Of a DNA stretch of 64,000 bases, positions 40,645 through 50,105 are shown piece by piece. The stretch is from contig JAFQHN010000025.1 of assembly GCA_017397935.1 (NCBI GenBank), positions 9,014-73,013 on the forward strand, read 5' to 3'. The notes beneath the pieces were generated by a model. The model worked only from the letters and a program-made list of their open reading frames with translations. It was not told where the DNA came from and did not search any database. The position numbers and the translations under genes are program-made. The DNA is from Bacillota bacterium (lineage in GTDB: Bacteria > Bacillota > Dehalobacteriia > UBA4068 > UBA4997). Numbering within the stretch: position 1 is the first letter of the stretch; each line of letters begins with the position of its first letter.

Positions 40645-41088
40645 TCACCTCTCTTCATATACAATGGCGCGGTTGGGGCAGCCTTTGACGCAGGCAGGTT
40701 CACCGCAGGTATTTTGCAGGCATAATTCGCATTTCTGTACCGCGCCGTGCTCACCTTGTGAGAGCGCACCGTAAGGGCAGACCAGCACACAGGTAAGGCA
40801 ACCGACGCATTTATCGCGGTCAATACAGACGGCACCGTCTTTGACGGAGATAGCGCCGGATATGCAGCTTTTGGCGCATATAGGGTCAGTACAATGGCGG
40901 CAGGAAACCGCAAAATTGATATTGCCGGATTCTTCGACCCGAATACGCGGGAAGATGTCGCGGCCTTTCAGTGCTTTAACCATATCTGCCTGGCCGGAAT
41001 TGGCGAAGGCACAGTTATATTCGCACAGGTGGCAGCCGATGCACCATTTTTCGTTGACATATACTCGTTTCATGCAATACCACCTCAC
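40645..41088 (-). CDS. 2x[4Fe-4S] ferredoxin
   Basis: 147 aa with multiple CxxCxxCxxxCP motifs. Confidence 0.75.
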   Translation of the reverse strand: MRWYCMKRVYVNEKWCIGCHLCEYNCAFANSGQADMVKALKGRDIFPRIRVEESGNINFAVSCRHCTDPICAKSCISGAISVKDGAVCIDRDKCVGCLTCVLVCPYGALSQGEHGAVQKCELCLQNTCGEPACVKGCPNRAIVYEER

Positions 41089-42594
41089 TTATTCTCCGGC
41101 ATGGGCGATGCCGAGTATTTGCAGTTCTTTTTCTGTTAAGCCGATACCGCGCAGCATCAAACGGTTGCCGCGCAGAGATTCAATGGAGTTGATGCCCATT
41201 CCGCCCATCATTTCCTTGATCTCATGCCGCCAAGCCGTCATCAAATTGATCAGACGCTCGCTGCCAATATCGGGATTCAGGCGTTTTACCAGTTCCGGCC
41301 GTTGGGTGGCGATACCCCAGTTGCATTTGCCGCCGTGGCAGGAGCGACACAGGTGGCAGCCCAATGCCAACAGCGCCGCGGTAGCAATATAACAGGCATC
41401 CGCGCCGAGTGCGATAGCCTTGACAATATCTGCCGAACTGCGGATACTGCCGCCGACAACCAGCGATACGTTGTTGCGGATACCTTCATCACGCAAACGC
41501 TGATCAACGGCTGCCAATGCCAGTTCAATGGGGATGCCCACGTTGTCGCGGATTCGGGTGGGGGCAGCCCCGGTACCGCCGCGGAAACCGTCTATCGCAA
41601 TAATATCAGCACCGCTGCGGGCAATACCGCTGGCGATGGCGGCGATATTATGTACGGCCGCCACCTTGACGATAATCGGTTTTTTGTATTCGGTTGCCTC
41701 TTTAAGTGAGTAAACAAGCTGTCGCAAATCCTCGATAGAGTAAATATCGTGGTGCGGCGCGGGAGAGATCGCGTCCGAGCCTTCCGGGATCATACGGGTG
41801 CGGGAAACATCACCGATGATTTTGGCGCCGGGCAGGTGGCCGCCGATACCCGGCTTGGCGCCCTGGCCGATTTTGATTTCAATAGCTGCACCGGCTTCCA
41901 GATAATCTTTATACACGCCAAAGCGGCCGGATGCTACCTGCACAATGGTATTGGTGCCGTAGCAATAAAAATCCTCATGCAGACCGCCTTCGCCGGTATT
42001 ATAGAGAATACCCAGTTCGGTTGCAGCACGGGCCAGAGATTCGTGGGCGTTATAGCTGATGGAACCGTAACTCATCGCTGAGAACATAACCGGCATGGAA
42101 AGCTCGATTTGGGGCGGCAGTTCGCATTTCAGTTTGCCGTCAGCGTCACGCTCAACGTGGTCAGGCTTTTTGCCGAGGAAAACGCGGGTCTCCATAGGCT
42201 CGCGCAGCGGGTCGATAGAGGGGTTGGTGACCTGCGAGGCGTTGATCAGCAGCTTATCCCAATAAACGGGGAACTGCTTGGGGTTGCCCATAGAGGATAG
42301 CAGCACGCCGCCGCTGTTGGCCTGCTTGTAAATCTCCTTGACGGTATCCTGCTGCCAGTTGCCGTTTTCGCGCAGGGTACAGTCATTTTTAACGATTTTA
42401 AGTGCATGGGTGGGGCAGAGGCATACGCAGCGTTGGCAGTTTACGCATTTGCTTTCATCACTTTGCATTACGCAGCGGTCAGCGTCGAATTTATGTACTT
42501 CGTTGGCACATTGGCGCTCGCAGACACGGCAGCCAATACAGCGTCTCTCGTTGCGGACGACTTCAAATTCGGGGTAAATCATTTCAATACTCAT
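41089..42594 (-). CDS. Glutamate synthase FMN-binding (domain 2, GltB-like) subunit with N-terminal ferredoxin domain
   Basis: About 500 aa; N-terminal 4Fe-4S motifs, then the GltS FMN-barrel signatures; likely ATG at 42594 overlapping the upstream stop. Confidence 0.85.
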   Translation of the reverse strand: MSIEMIYPEFEVVRNERRCIGCRVCERQCANEVHKFDADRCVMQSDESKCVNCQRCVCLCPTHALKIVKNDCTLRENGNWQQDTVKEIYKQANSGGVLLSSMGNPKQFPVYWDKLLINASQVTNPSIDPLREPMETRVFLGKKPDHVERDADGKLKCELPPQIELSMPVMFSAMSYGSISYNAHESLARAATELGILYNTGEGGLHEDFYCYGTNTIVQVASGRFGVYKDYLEAGAAIEIKIGQGAKPGIGGHLPGAKIIGDVSRTRMIPEGSDAISPAPHHDIYSIEDLRQLVYSLKEATEYKKPIIVKVAAVHNIAAIASGIARSGADIIAIDGFRGGTGAAPTRIRDNVGIPIELALAAVDQRLRDEGIRNNVSLVVGGSIRSSADIVKAIALGADACYIATAALLALGCHLCRSCHGGKCNWGIATQRPELVKRLNPDIGSERLINLMTAWRHEIKEMMGGMGINSIESLRGNRLMLRGIGLTEKELQILGIAHAGE

Positions 42595-43688
42595 CAATAT
42601 GCACCGTCCTTTACTGTTACGATGACCGGTTCGCCGCCGGCGGGCGCCCAGATATTTTCAGCATTGGGTTCCATAGTGCGGATAGCGGCCTCCTCGCTGG
42701 CGATGAACACCTTATCGTCTTTTTCGCCAACGACCATCGAGCGCAGTTTCAGACGGTCGTTAAGCGCCATCATACCGCCGGTAAAGCCCAGCACGATGGA
42801 AAACGGCCCGGTAATCAGCAGGCTGGGGAAGATTGTACGCAGATAAAGGTGTTTTTTCTGGTCCTCAATATCTGTTTTGGCGGCAATAGTGCTCCAAAAC
42901 GGGGCAGCGATGACGCTGGCAGCCTCGCCCATAGTTAAGCCCTGGACGCGCACCAGATAATCCATAATATAAGTAATTACCTCGGTATCCGTTTGCAGCG
43001 TGCATTTATAGCCAAACATCTCGATAAAGCGGCGGTTGGCATCATAAGAGGAAATCTCGCCGTTATGCACCACCGAGTAATCCAGCAGGGTGAAGGGATG
43101 TGCGCCACCCCACCAGCCAGGGGTATTGGTGGGGTAACGGCCGTGTGCAGTCCAGGAATAGCCTTCGTATTCTTCTAATTTATAGAATACGCCAATATCC
43201 TCCGGGTAGCCGACAGCCTTGAAGGTGCCCATATTCTTGCCGCTGGAAAAAACGTAGGCACCGGGCATTTCGGTGTTGATCTGCATAACGGTGCGGGCGA
43301 CGAACTCTTTTTCATCCAACTGCTTTTCAGCCAGTACGGATCTAAGCGGAGCGACGAAATAGCGCCATACGATAGGTTCATCCGTAATAGCCGGTATCTT
43401 GCGGGTGGGGATGATCTCTGATTTTATGATCTCAAATCTTTCTTTCAGGAAGACCTCGCAGCTTTTGCGGGTGGCGCGGTCATCAAAAAACATATGCAGC
43501 GCGTAAAAATCCTTGTACTCGGGATAAATGCCATAGCCGGCAAAGCCGCCGCCCAAACCGTTGGAACGGTCGTGCATGGGGCGCATGGCGTTGATTATCA
43601 TCTCGCCGGACATTCTGTGACCTTCTCGGGAGATAACTGCGGCGATGGCGCATCCGGAGGGTATCCGTACCTGACCTTCTAATTTCAT
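42594..43688 (-). CDS. Glutamate synthase class-II glutamine amidotransferase (domain 1) subunit
   Basis: 364 aa; Ntn-hydrolase N-terminus with Cys after Met processing (...SGCAIAAV); first gene after the promoter. Confidence 0.85.
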   Translation of the reverse strand: MKLEGQVRIPSGCAIAAVISREGHRMSGEMIINAMRPMHDRSNGLGGGFAGYGIYPEYKDFYALHMFFDDRATRKSCEVFLKERFEIIKSEIIPTRKIPAITDEPIVWRYFVAPLRSVLAEKQLDEKEFVARTVMQINTEMPGAYVFSSGKNMGTFKAVGYPEDIGVFYKLEEYEGYSWTAHGRYPTNTPGWWGGAHPFTLLDYSVVHNGEISSYDANRRFIEMFGYKCTLQTDTEVITYIMDYLVRVQGLTMGEAASVIAAPFWSTIAAKTDIEDQKKHLYLRTIFPSLLITGPFSIVLGFTGGMMALNDRLKLRSMVVGEKDDKVFIASEEAAIRTMEPNAENIWAPAGGEPVIVTVKDGAY

Positions 43689-43801
43689 GTCTTATCCTTT
43701 CCTTTGCTGTGATTATATTAAATGGTAAAAAAAGAAAGACGCCCATTTTGACACAGATAAAATACCTGTATCAAAATGAACGCCTTTGCCCATTTGAGTG
43801 A

Positions 43802-43830
43802 ATTATACATCCGGTGGGGCGGGTTGTCAA
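43802..43830 (-). promoter_or_regulatory. Perfect consensus promoter TTGACA-17-TATAAT for the GOGAT-GS-ANTAR operon
   Basis: Minus strand: -35 at forward 43825-43830, -10 at forward 43802-43807, 17-nt GC-rich spacer. Confidence 0.65.
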
Positions 43831-43911
43831 GAATGAATTTATGAATATTGTAAATTTTTGCATTGTTTATGAGAATTATTGCAAATTGTGAAATTTTTTT
43901 GCAAAAAGGGG

Positions 43912-43940
43912 TTGACAACGGGATACCCCCGGCGTATAAT
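43912..43940 (+). promoter_or_regulatory. Perfect consensus promoter TTGACA-17-TATAAT for the glnN-amt-pur-car operon
   Basis: -35 at 43912-43917, -10 at 43935-43940; divergent from the minus-strand promoter with about 80 bp between the -35 boxes. Confidence 0.65.
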
Positions 43941-43958
43941 GACAGCGTAAAGGCAAGG

Positions 43959-43994
43959 GCGTCTTTGAGATATTATCTCAGAGTCGCTTTTTTT
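43959..43994 (+). promoter_or_regulatory. Leader hairpin T1 plus U7 tract (terminator-like), contains motif copy F1
   Basis: gcgtctttgagat/atctcagagtcgc 13-bp stem with 1 mismatch and 1 GU, then TTTTTTT; starts about 12 nt after the predicted TSS. Confidence 0.5.
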
Positions 43995-44034
43995 CTTTGC
44001 AAATATAAAATCGAATATGTTTGGTAAAGGCAAT

Positions 44035-44079
44035 GACGTCTTTGGTGCTTTATGGCACCAAGGGCGTCTTTTATTGTTT
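44035..44079 (+). promoter_or_regulatory. Leader hairpin T2 plus U-rich tract (terminator-like), formed by motif copies F2 and F3
   Basis: gacgtctttggtgc/ggcaccaagggcgtc 14-bp stem with 2 GU, followed by TCTTTTATTGTTT; ends 12 nt before the RBS. Confidence 0.5.
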
Positions 44080-44103
44080 ATCAGGCCAAAGGAGGAATCG
44101 ACC

Positions 44104-46200
44104 ATGGGAAGTGTAGCAAATTATTTCGGCAGTTTGGTTTTTGATGACAGAGTGATGAAGGCCAGCCTTTCGGCGGAAGTTTACCGCAGCCTGAAAAAGA
44201 CTATCGACGAAGGTGTGCCGCTTGACCTCAGCGTTGCCAATGCGGTGGCCGGTGCGATGAAGGAGTGGGCAGTGGCGCATGGGGCAACCCATTATACCCA
44301 TTGGTTTCAACCGCTTACCGGCATTACGGCCGAGAAGCATGACAGCTTTATTGCACCCTCACCGGACGGCGGTGTTATCATGGAATTCTCCGGCAAAGAG
44401 CTGATCAAAGGCGAACCGGATGCTTCATCTTTTCCCTCGGGTGGTTTGCGGGCAACTTTTGAGGCGCGCGGCTATACGGCGTGGGATCCGACCTCTTACG
44501 CTTTTATTAAAGGTAAAACGTTGTGTATCCCCACGGCATTTTGCTCTTACGGCGGCGAGGCGCTGGATAAAAAGACTCCGCTGCTGCGCTCAATGGAGGC
44601 GCTGAACAAGCAGGCGTTGCGTATCCTGCGTTTGTTTGGTAATGATGACGTGAAATGTGTTCGTACCTCCGTCGGCCCGGAGCAGGAATATTTTCTGGTG
44701 GATAAAGCGATGTACGAGCAACGCCGCGATTTGCGCTTTACCGGGCGCACGCTTTTCGGTGCCCGCCCGCCAAAGGGGCAGGAGATGGATGACCATTATT
44801 TCGGCGTCATCAAGCCCCGGGTAGCGGCTTATATGGAAGAGCTGAACGATGAGCTCTGGAAGTTGGGTATTCTGGCCAAGACCGAACATAATGAAGTTGC
44901 CCCGGCACAGCATGAATTGGCCCCGATTTATACCACGACCAATATTGCCACCGACCATAACCAACTGACCATGGAGATTATGCAAAAGGTGGCTGCCAAG
45001 CACGATTTGGTGTGCCTGCTGCATGAGAAACCCTTTGCCGGGGTAAATGGCAGCGGCAAACATAACAACTGGTCCATCTCCACCGATACCGGCGTCAACC
45101 TGCTCTCTCCGGGAGAAACGCCGTATGAGAACGCACAATTCCTGCTTTTCCTGTGTGCGGTCATCAAGGCGGTGGACGATTATCAGGATCTGCTGCGTAT
45201 CTCGGTGGCCAGCGCTGGCAACGATCATCGTCTGGGGGCAAATGAGGCGCCGCCCGCGGTGGTTTCGATGTTCCTGGGTGATGAGTTGAACGCGGTTCTG
45301 GCGGCTATTGAAAACGATACCCCGTACAGCGGTGCAGCCAAAACGCAAATGAAGTTGGGTGTTGACGTGCTGCCCAAATTCCACCGCGATACTACCGACC
45401 GCAACCGAACTTCTCCTTTTGCTTTTACCGGCAATAAGTTTGAGTTCCGTATGCTGGGCTCATCCAACAGTATTGCCTGTGCCAATATCATGCTGAACAG
45501 CGCGGTGGCCGAGAGTTTGAAGGTCTATGCCGACCGGCTGGAAAACGTAGAGGATTTTGATACAGCGCTGCACGATATGATCCGCAAAACTATCAAAGAC
45601 CATAAAAAGATCATCTTTAACGGTAACGGCTACGATGATGAGTGGATCAAAGAGGCCACCGAACAGCGCGGACTGCTGAATTACCGCACCACGCCGGATT
45701 GTGTGCCGCACCTGCTGGATAAGAAAAACGTGGCAATGCTGACGGCCCACGGCGTATTCTCAGAGGCAGAACTGCACTCGCGCTATGAAATCACGCTGGA
45801 AAATTACTGCAAGTCAGTAATTATTGAGGCCAACACAATGGTGGATATGGCAAGAACGGAGATTGCCCCGGCGGTGGAGGCCTATGCTATGGATATTGCC
45901 AATACCGCGGAGGCCAAAAAAGCTCTGGACAGCAACATCACCTGTGGCTATGAGTGCAAGCTGGTCAAAAAGCTTTCGGCCCTGACGGACCGTATTGCCA
46001 TCAATACCGAGGAGTTGGAGGAGGCTCTGCTGGCGCTGGACGATGCTGATGATATTGCTGCCAAGTCTTATGCCATCCGCGATAACGTGCTGACAAAAAT
46101 GAGCGAGCTGCGGCTGGCCTGTGATGAGGCCGAAACTGCGACCGCCAGAAAATATTGGCCCTTCCCGACGTACGGAGACCTGCTTTTTGGCGTTAAATAA
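44104..46200 (+). CDS. glnN: Glutamine synthetase type III
   Basis: Start refined to [10 protein letters not shown] (ATG at 44104; RBS AAAGGAGGAA); GSIII motifs [14 protein letters not shown]. Confidence 0.85.
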   Translation: MGSVANYFGSLVFDDRVMKASLSAEVYRSLKKTIDEGVPLDLSVANAVAGAMKEWAVAHGATHYTHWFQPLTGITAEKHDSFIAPSPDGGVIMEFSGKELIKGEPDASSFPSGGLRATFEARGYTAWDPTSYAFIKGKTLCIPTAFCSYGGEALDKKTPLLRSMEALNKQALRILRLFGNDDVKCVRTSVGPEQEYFLVDKAMYEQRRDLRFTGRTLFGARPPKGQEMDDHYFGVIKPRVAAYMEELNDELWKLGILAKTEHNEVAPAQHELAPIYTTTNIATDHNQLTMEIMQKVAAKHDLVCLLHEKPFAGVNGSGKHNNWSISTDTGVNLLSPGETPYENAQFLLFLCAVIKAVDDYQDLLRISVASAGNDHRLGANEAPPAVVSMFLGDELNAVLAAIENDTPYSGAAKTQMKLGVDVLPKFHRDTTDRNRTSPFAFTGNKFEFRMLGSSNSIACANIMLNSAVAESLKVYADRLENVEDFDTALHDMIRKTIKDHKKIIFNGNGYDDEWIKEATEQRGLLNYRTTPDCVPHLLDKKNVAMLTAHGVFSEAELHSRYEITLENYCKSVIIEANTMVDMARTEIAPAVEAYAMDIANTAEAKKALDSNITCGYECKLVKKLSALTDRIAINTEELEEALLALDDADDIAAKSYAIRDNVLTKMSELRLACDEAETATARKYWPFPTYGDLLFGVK

Positions 46201-46243
46201 TGTTGTGTGAGGTTAACTGAAATATTTTATAGGAGTGATAGTG

Positions 46244-47989
46244 ATGGAGGAATCTATTAAAGCATTGGTGGCCGAGGCTGCTGCCAATGAGGTTTTCGGC
46301 GTGTGGTTTTTGATTGGTGCGGCGTTGGTTTTCTGGATGCAGGCCGGGTTTACGATGGTGGAGGCCGGCTTTACCAGAGCAAAAAATACCGGCAACATCA
46401 TTATGAAAAACCTGATGGATTTTTGTATCGGCACGGTTGGCTTTGTTCTGCTGGGTTTCAGCCTGATGATGGCCGAGGATTATGTGCTGGGATTTATCGG
46501 CATCCCCAACCTGAATATTTTTACTGATTTCGGCGGTTTTATCCAGAGCAACGCATCCAGCTTTGTGTTCAACCTGGTGTTCTGTGCCACGGCGGCTACT
46601 ATCGTATCCGGTGCGATGGCGGAACGCACTAAGTTTTCTTCTTATTGCATTTATTCGGCTATTATTTCGCTTTTTGTTTACCCGGTGGAGGCCGGTTGGA
46701 TCTGGAACCCGCAGGGTTGGCTGGCGCAGATGGGCTTTCATGATTTTGCCGGTTCTGCTGCCATTCACGCTGTCGGCGGTCTTAGTGCGCTGATCGGTGC
46801 TGTCATCGTAGGTCCCCGTCTGGGCAAGTATGTAAAAGATGAAAACGGCAAGGTAAGGAAAATCAATGCTATTCCCGGTCATTCGGTGGCGTTGGGCGCG
46901 CTGGGCTGCTTTATCTTGTGGTTTGGCTGGTATGGCTTTAACGGTGCGGCTGCTTGGGATCAGGTATCGCTGGCCTCGATCTTCCTGACGACGACTATTG
47001 CCCCGGCGGTGGCAACGTGTACCACGCTGATTTTTACCTGGGTGAAAAACGGCAAACCTGACGTTTCAATGTGTTTGAATGCTGCGCTGGCCGGTTTGGT
47101 GGGTATTACCGCAGGTTGTGACGCGCTGGACGCGGTGGGTGCTGCTGTGGTAGGTGTTGTGGCCGGTCTGCTGGTGGTGCTGATGGTAGAGTGGCTGGAT
47201 TTGAAACTGCATATTGATGACCCCGTTGGTGCGGTAAGTGTGCATTTGGCCTGTGGTATCTGGGGCACGCTGGCTGTCGGTCTGCTGGCTGACCCGGTGG
47301 CGCCTGCCGGGCTGAACGGTTTGCTTTATACCGGCGACGCTGGTCTGCTGGGTATTCAGGCTGTTGGTATCGGTGCGGTGCTGCTCTGGACGGCGGTATG
47401 CATGACGCTGACGTTCAGTATCATCAAAATGACCGTGGGTCTGCGGGTATCCCCCGAAGAAGAAATTAAGGGTTTGGACAGCACCGAACACGGCCTGCCC
47501 AGTGCTTATGCTGATTTCCTGCCGGCGGCCGAGACTTTGTATCACGGCTATGAGGAGGCAGCAGTTGTAAGCGGCGATACGCCGGTGGCAGAGGCAATAC
47601 CCGTAAAGAAAGTGCCGTCCTTTGGTGAAGGCACGCCTAAATTTACCAAGGTAGAGATCATTTGTAAGGAATCGCGGTTTGAGGTGCTGAAAAACGCCAT
47701 GATGGATATTGGCATTACCGGCATGACGGTATCGCACGTGCTGGGCTGCGGTATCCAGAAGGGTAAGCCGGAGTATTACCGCGGCGTACAGTTAGAGGCT
47801 AATCTGCTGCCGAAAATCCAGGTGGATATTGTAGTCAGCAAGGTGCCGGTACGCAGCGTCATTGAAACTGCCAAGAAGGTGCTTTACACCGGGCATATCG
47901 GCGACGGCAAGATCTTCGTTTATGATGTGGAGAACGTGGTAAAGGTTCGTACCGGCGAAGAAGGCTACGATGCATTACAGGATGATTAA
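46244..47989 (+). CDS. amt: Ammonium transporter Amt fused to a C-terminal PII (GlnK/GlnB-like) domain
   Basis: An Amt/MEP membrane domain of about 430 aa, a linker, then a roughly 110-aa PII fold (...GITGMTVSHVLGCGIQKGKPEYYRG...GDGKIFV); ATG 46244 after AGGAG. Confidence 0.85.
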   Translation: MEESIKALVAEAAANEVFGVWFLIGAALVFWMQAGFTMVEAGFTRAKNTGNIIMKNLMDFCIGTVGFVLLGFSLMMAEDYVLGFIGIPNLNIFTDFGGFIQSNASSFVFNLVFCATAATIVSGAMAERTKFSSYCIYSAIISLFVYPVEAGWIWNPQGWLAQMGFHDFAGSAAIHAVGGLSALIGAVIVGPRLGKYVKDENGKVRKINAIPGHSVALGALGCFILWFGWYGFNGAAAWDQVSLASIFLTTTIAPAVATCTTLIFTWVKNGKPDVSMCLNAALAGLVGITAGCDALDAVGAAVVGVVAGLLVVLMVEWLDLKLHIDDPVGAVSVHLACGIWGTLAVGLLADPVAPAGLNGLLYTGDAGLLGIQAVGIGAVLLWTAVCMTLTFSIIKMTVGLRVSPEEEIKGLDSTEHGLPSAYADFLPAAETLYHGYEEAAVVSGDTPVAEAIPVKKVPSFGEGTPKFTKVEIICKESRFEVLKNAMMDIGITGMTVSHVLGCGIQKGKPEYYRGVQLEANLLPKIQVDIVVSKVPVRSVIETAKKVLYTGHIGDGKIFVYDVENVVKVRTGEEGYDALQDD

Positions 47990-48003
47990 AACTGCGAATT
48001 AAG

Positions 48004-48735
48004 ATGGGAGAGATGACCGCGATGGAAAAAAGAGAGCAGCTTTATGAAGGTAAGGCCAAGAAGGTATTCAAAACGGACGATCCGGAGCTATTGATCGTAT
48101 CATATAAGGACGATGCGACCGCTTTTAACGGATTGAAAAAGGGAACGATCTCCGGCAAAGGCGTCATCAATAACAAAATGACCAATATGCTGATGCAGCG
48201 GCTGGAACAAGCCGGTATCCCAACGCACTTTGTGGAGGAATTATCCGACCGCGATACGTTGGTAAAAAAGGTGACTATCATACCGCTGGAAGTGATCGTG
48301 CGGAATATTGCCGCCGGTTCATTCTCTCAAAGATACGGGGTGGAGGAGGGCGTCGTTTTTGACGCCCCCACCATTGAGTTTTCTTATAAGAATGATGAGC
48401 TGGGAGATCCGCTGCTTAATACATACCACGCTGTTGCCATGAAACTGGCCACGCCGCAAGACATCGAAACCATCACCAAATACGCCTTTGCTGTTAACAA
48501 ACAGTTAAAGGCATTTTGGCGTGAATGCGGTGTTACGCTGGTAGACTTCAAAATGGAATTTGGCAAGGTGGCGGACGGTAGCATTGTGCTGGCAGATGAG
48601 ATAAGCCCCGATACCAGCCGTCTGTGGGACAGCTCCACCGGCAAAAAACTGGATAAGGACAGATTTCGCCGGGATTTGGGCGGAGTTGAGGACGCCTATA
48701 CCGAGATAATGCGGCGGCTGACGCAGCATATCTGA
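48004..48735 (+). CDS. purC: SAICAR synthetase
   Basis: 243 aa; canonical PurC motifs; starts 14 nt after the amt stop. Confidence 0.9.
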   Translation: MGEMTAMEKREQLYEGKAKKVFKTDDPELLIVSYKDDATAFNGLKKGTISGKGVINNKMTNMLMQRLEQAGIPTHFVEELSDRDTLVKKVTIIPLEVIVRNIAAGSFSQRYGVEEGVVFDAPTIEFSYKNDELGDPLLNTYHAVAMKLATPQDIETITKYAFAVNKQLKAFWRECGVTLVDFKMEFGKVADGSIVLADEISPDTSRLWDSSTGKKLDKDRFRRDLGGVEDAYTEIMRRLTQHI

Positions 48736-48809
48736 GCTATGGCGGCTGATATAAATGACAAATATAAAAATGAGTAAAAAACTGGCAATATGATAACGGA
48801 GGAGATTTT

Positions 48810-50090
48810 ATGTCAAACTGTGCTATCGTTGGTATCAACTGGGGAGATGAAGGCAAAGGCCGAATGGTCGATCTGCTGACCGAAAATTATGACGTGGTGG
48901 TGCGTTATCAGGGCGGCGGCAATGCCGGGCATACCGTCATCAATGAGTACGGTAAATTCGCGCTGCACCTGCTGCCTTCGGGCATTTTCCGTCCGGGGGT
49001 GGTAAATATCCTCGGCAACGGCGTGGCGTTAGATCCGGAAAATCTGTGGATGGAAATGCAGGAGGTCATCGGGCAGGGTGTGGCAATATCGCCTGAAAAC
49101 TTGAAAATTAGCGAGCGCGCATCTATACTGCTGCCCTGGCACCGCGATTTGGATGAGTTGGAGGAGCAGCGCTTGCAGGATAAACAATATGGCTCCACCA
49201 GGCAGGGTATCGCGCCTTTTTATTCGGATAAATACCAGAAAAAAACCGTAATGGCCGGCGAATTTTTTTACCCGGAGCAGCTTAAAAAGCACCTGGCAGA
49301 ATTGCTGGAATGGAAAAATCTCATCCTGACGCGGGTGTATGGTGCCAAGCCTTATACCATGGCGATGTTGGAGGATTGGCTGGCTGATTACTGTGCCAAA
49401 ATCAAACCTTATATCTGTGATACCGGTGCGTTTTTGCAGGAGGCTCAGGCGGCCGGCAAAAACATTCTCTTTGAGGCCCAGCTTGGGGCGCTGCGTGATT
49501 TGGATTACGGCATTTACCCCTATGCCACCTCATCCAACACCACGGTGGCCTATGCGCCGATCGGTTCGGGCCTGCCCTCGGTTAAAATCAATGACGTAGT
49601 GGGCGTGGTGAAGGCATATTCCACCTGTGTGGGTGCCGGGCCCTTTGTCTGTGAGATGTTTGGGGATGAGGCCGAGGCGCTGCGCAAAGCCGGCTTTGAG
49701 TATGGTGCCAAAACCGGGCGTCCGCGCCGTGTGGGCCCGGTAGACATCGTGGCGACCCGTTACGGGGTTAAGGTGCAGGCAGCTACCGCCATCGCGCTGA
49801 CTAAACTGGACGTGTTGAGTTATCTGGATAAAATCCCGGTATGCACGCATTACTTGCTGAACGGCGAGCAGACCGACAGTTTCCCCTTCCCGGCGGCGCT
49901 GCATGATGCCCAGCCGGTCATCCGTTATTTTGACGGCTGGCAGTGTGATATTTCCGCCGTACGCTGCTGGGAGGATCTGCCGCAGGCCGCACAGGAATAT
50001 GTAAGCTTTATTGAGCAGCAGATCGGCTGCCCGATCAAATATATCTCAGTAGGGCCGGAGCGAGAAAGTATCATTATCCGGGATAAATAA
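48810..50090 (+). CDS. purA: Adenylosuccinate synthetase
   Basis: 426 aa; G-x-QWGDEGKGK P-loop-like motif and GHT. Confidence 0.95.
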   Translation: MSNCAIVGINWGDEGKGRMVDLLTENYDVVVRYQGGGNAGHTVINEYGKFALHLLPSGIFRPGVVNILGNGVALDPENLWMEMQEVIGQGVAISPENLKISERASILLPWHRDLDELEEQRLQDKQYGSTRQGIAPFYSDKYQKKTVMAGEFFYPEQLKKHLAELLEWKNLILTRVYGAKPYTMAMLEDWLADYCAKIKPYICDTGAFLQEAQAAGKNILFEAQLGALRDLDYGIYPYATSSNTTVAYAPIGSGLPSVKINDVVGVVKAYSTCVGAGPFVCEMFGDEAEALRKAGFEYGAKTGRPRRVGPVDIVATRYGVKVQAATAIALTKLDVLSYLDKIPVCTHYLLNGEQTDSFPFPAALHDAQPVIRYFDGWQCDISAVRCWEDLPQAAQEYVSFIEQQIGCPIKYISVGPERESIIIRDK

Positions 50091-50105
50091 AAAAGGAGTG
50101 GCAGT

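Noticed and set aside
44017-44103. ORF-track N-terminal extension of glnN ([29 protein letters not shown])
   Set aside because: There is no RBS at 44017, and the extension spans the leader hairpins. GSIII proteins begin near [10 protein letters not shown], and a good RBS precedes ATG 44104.
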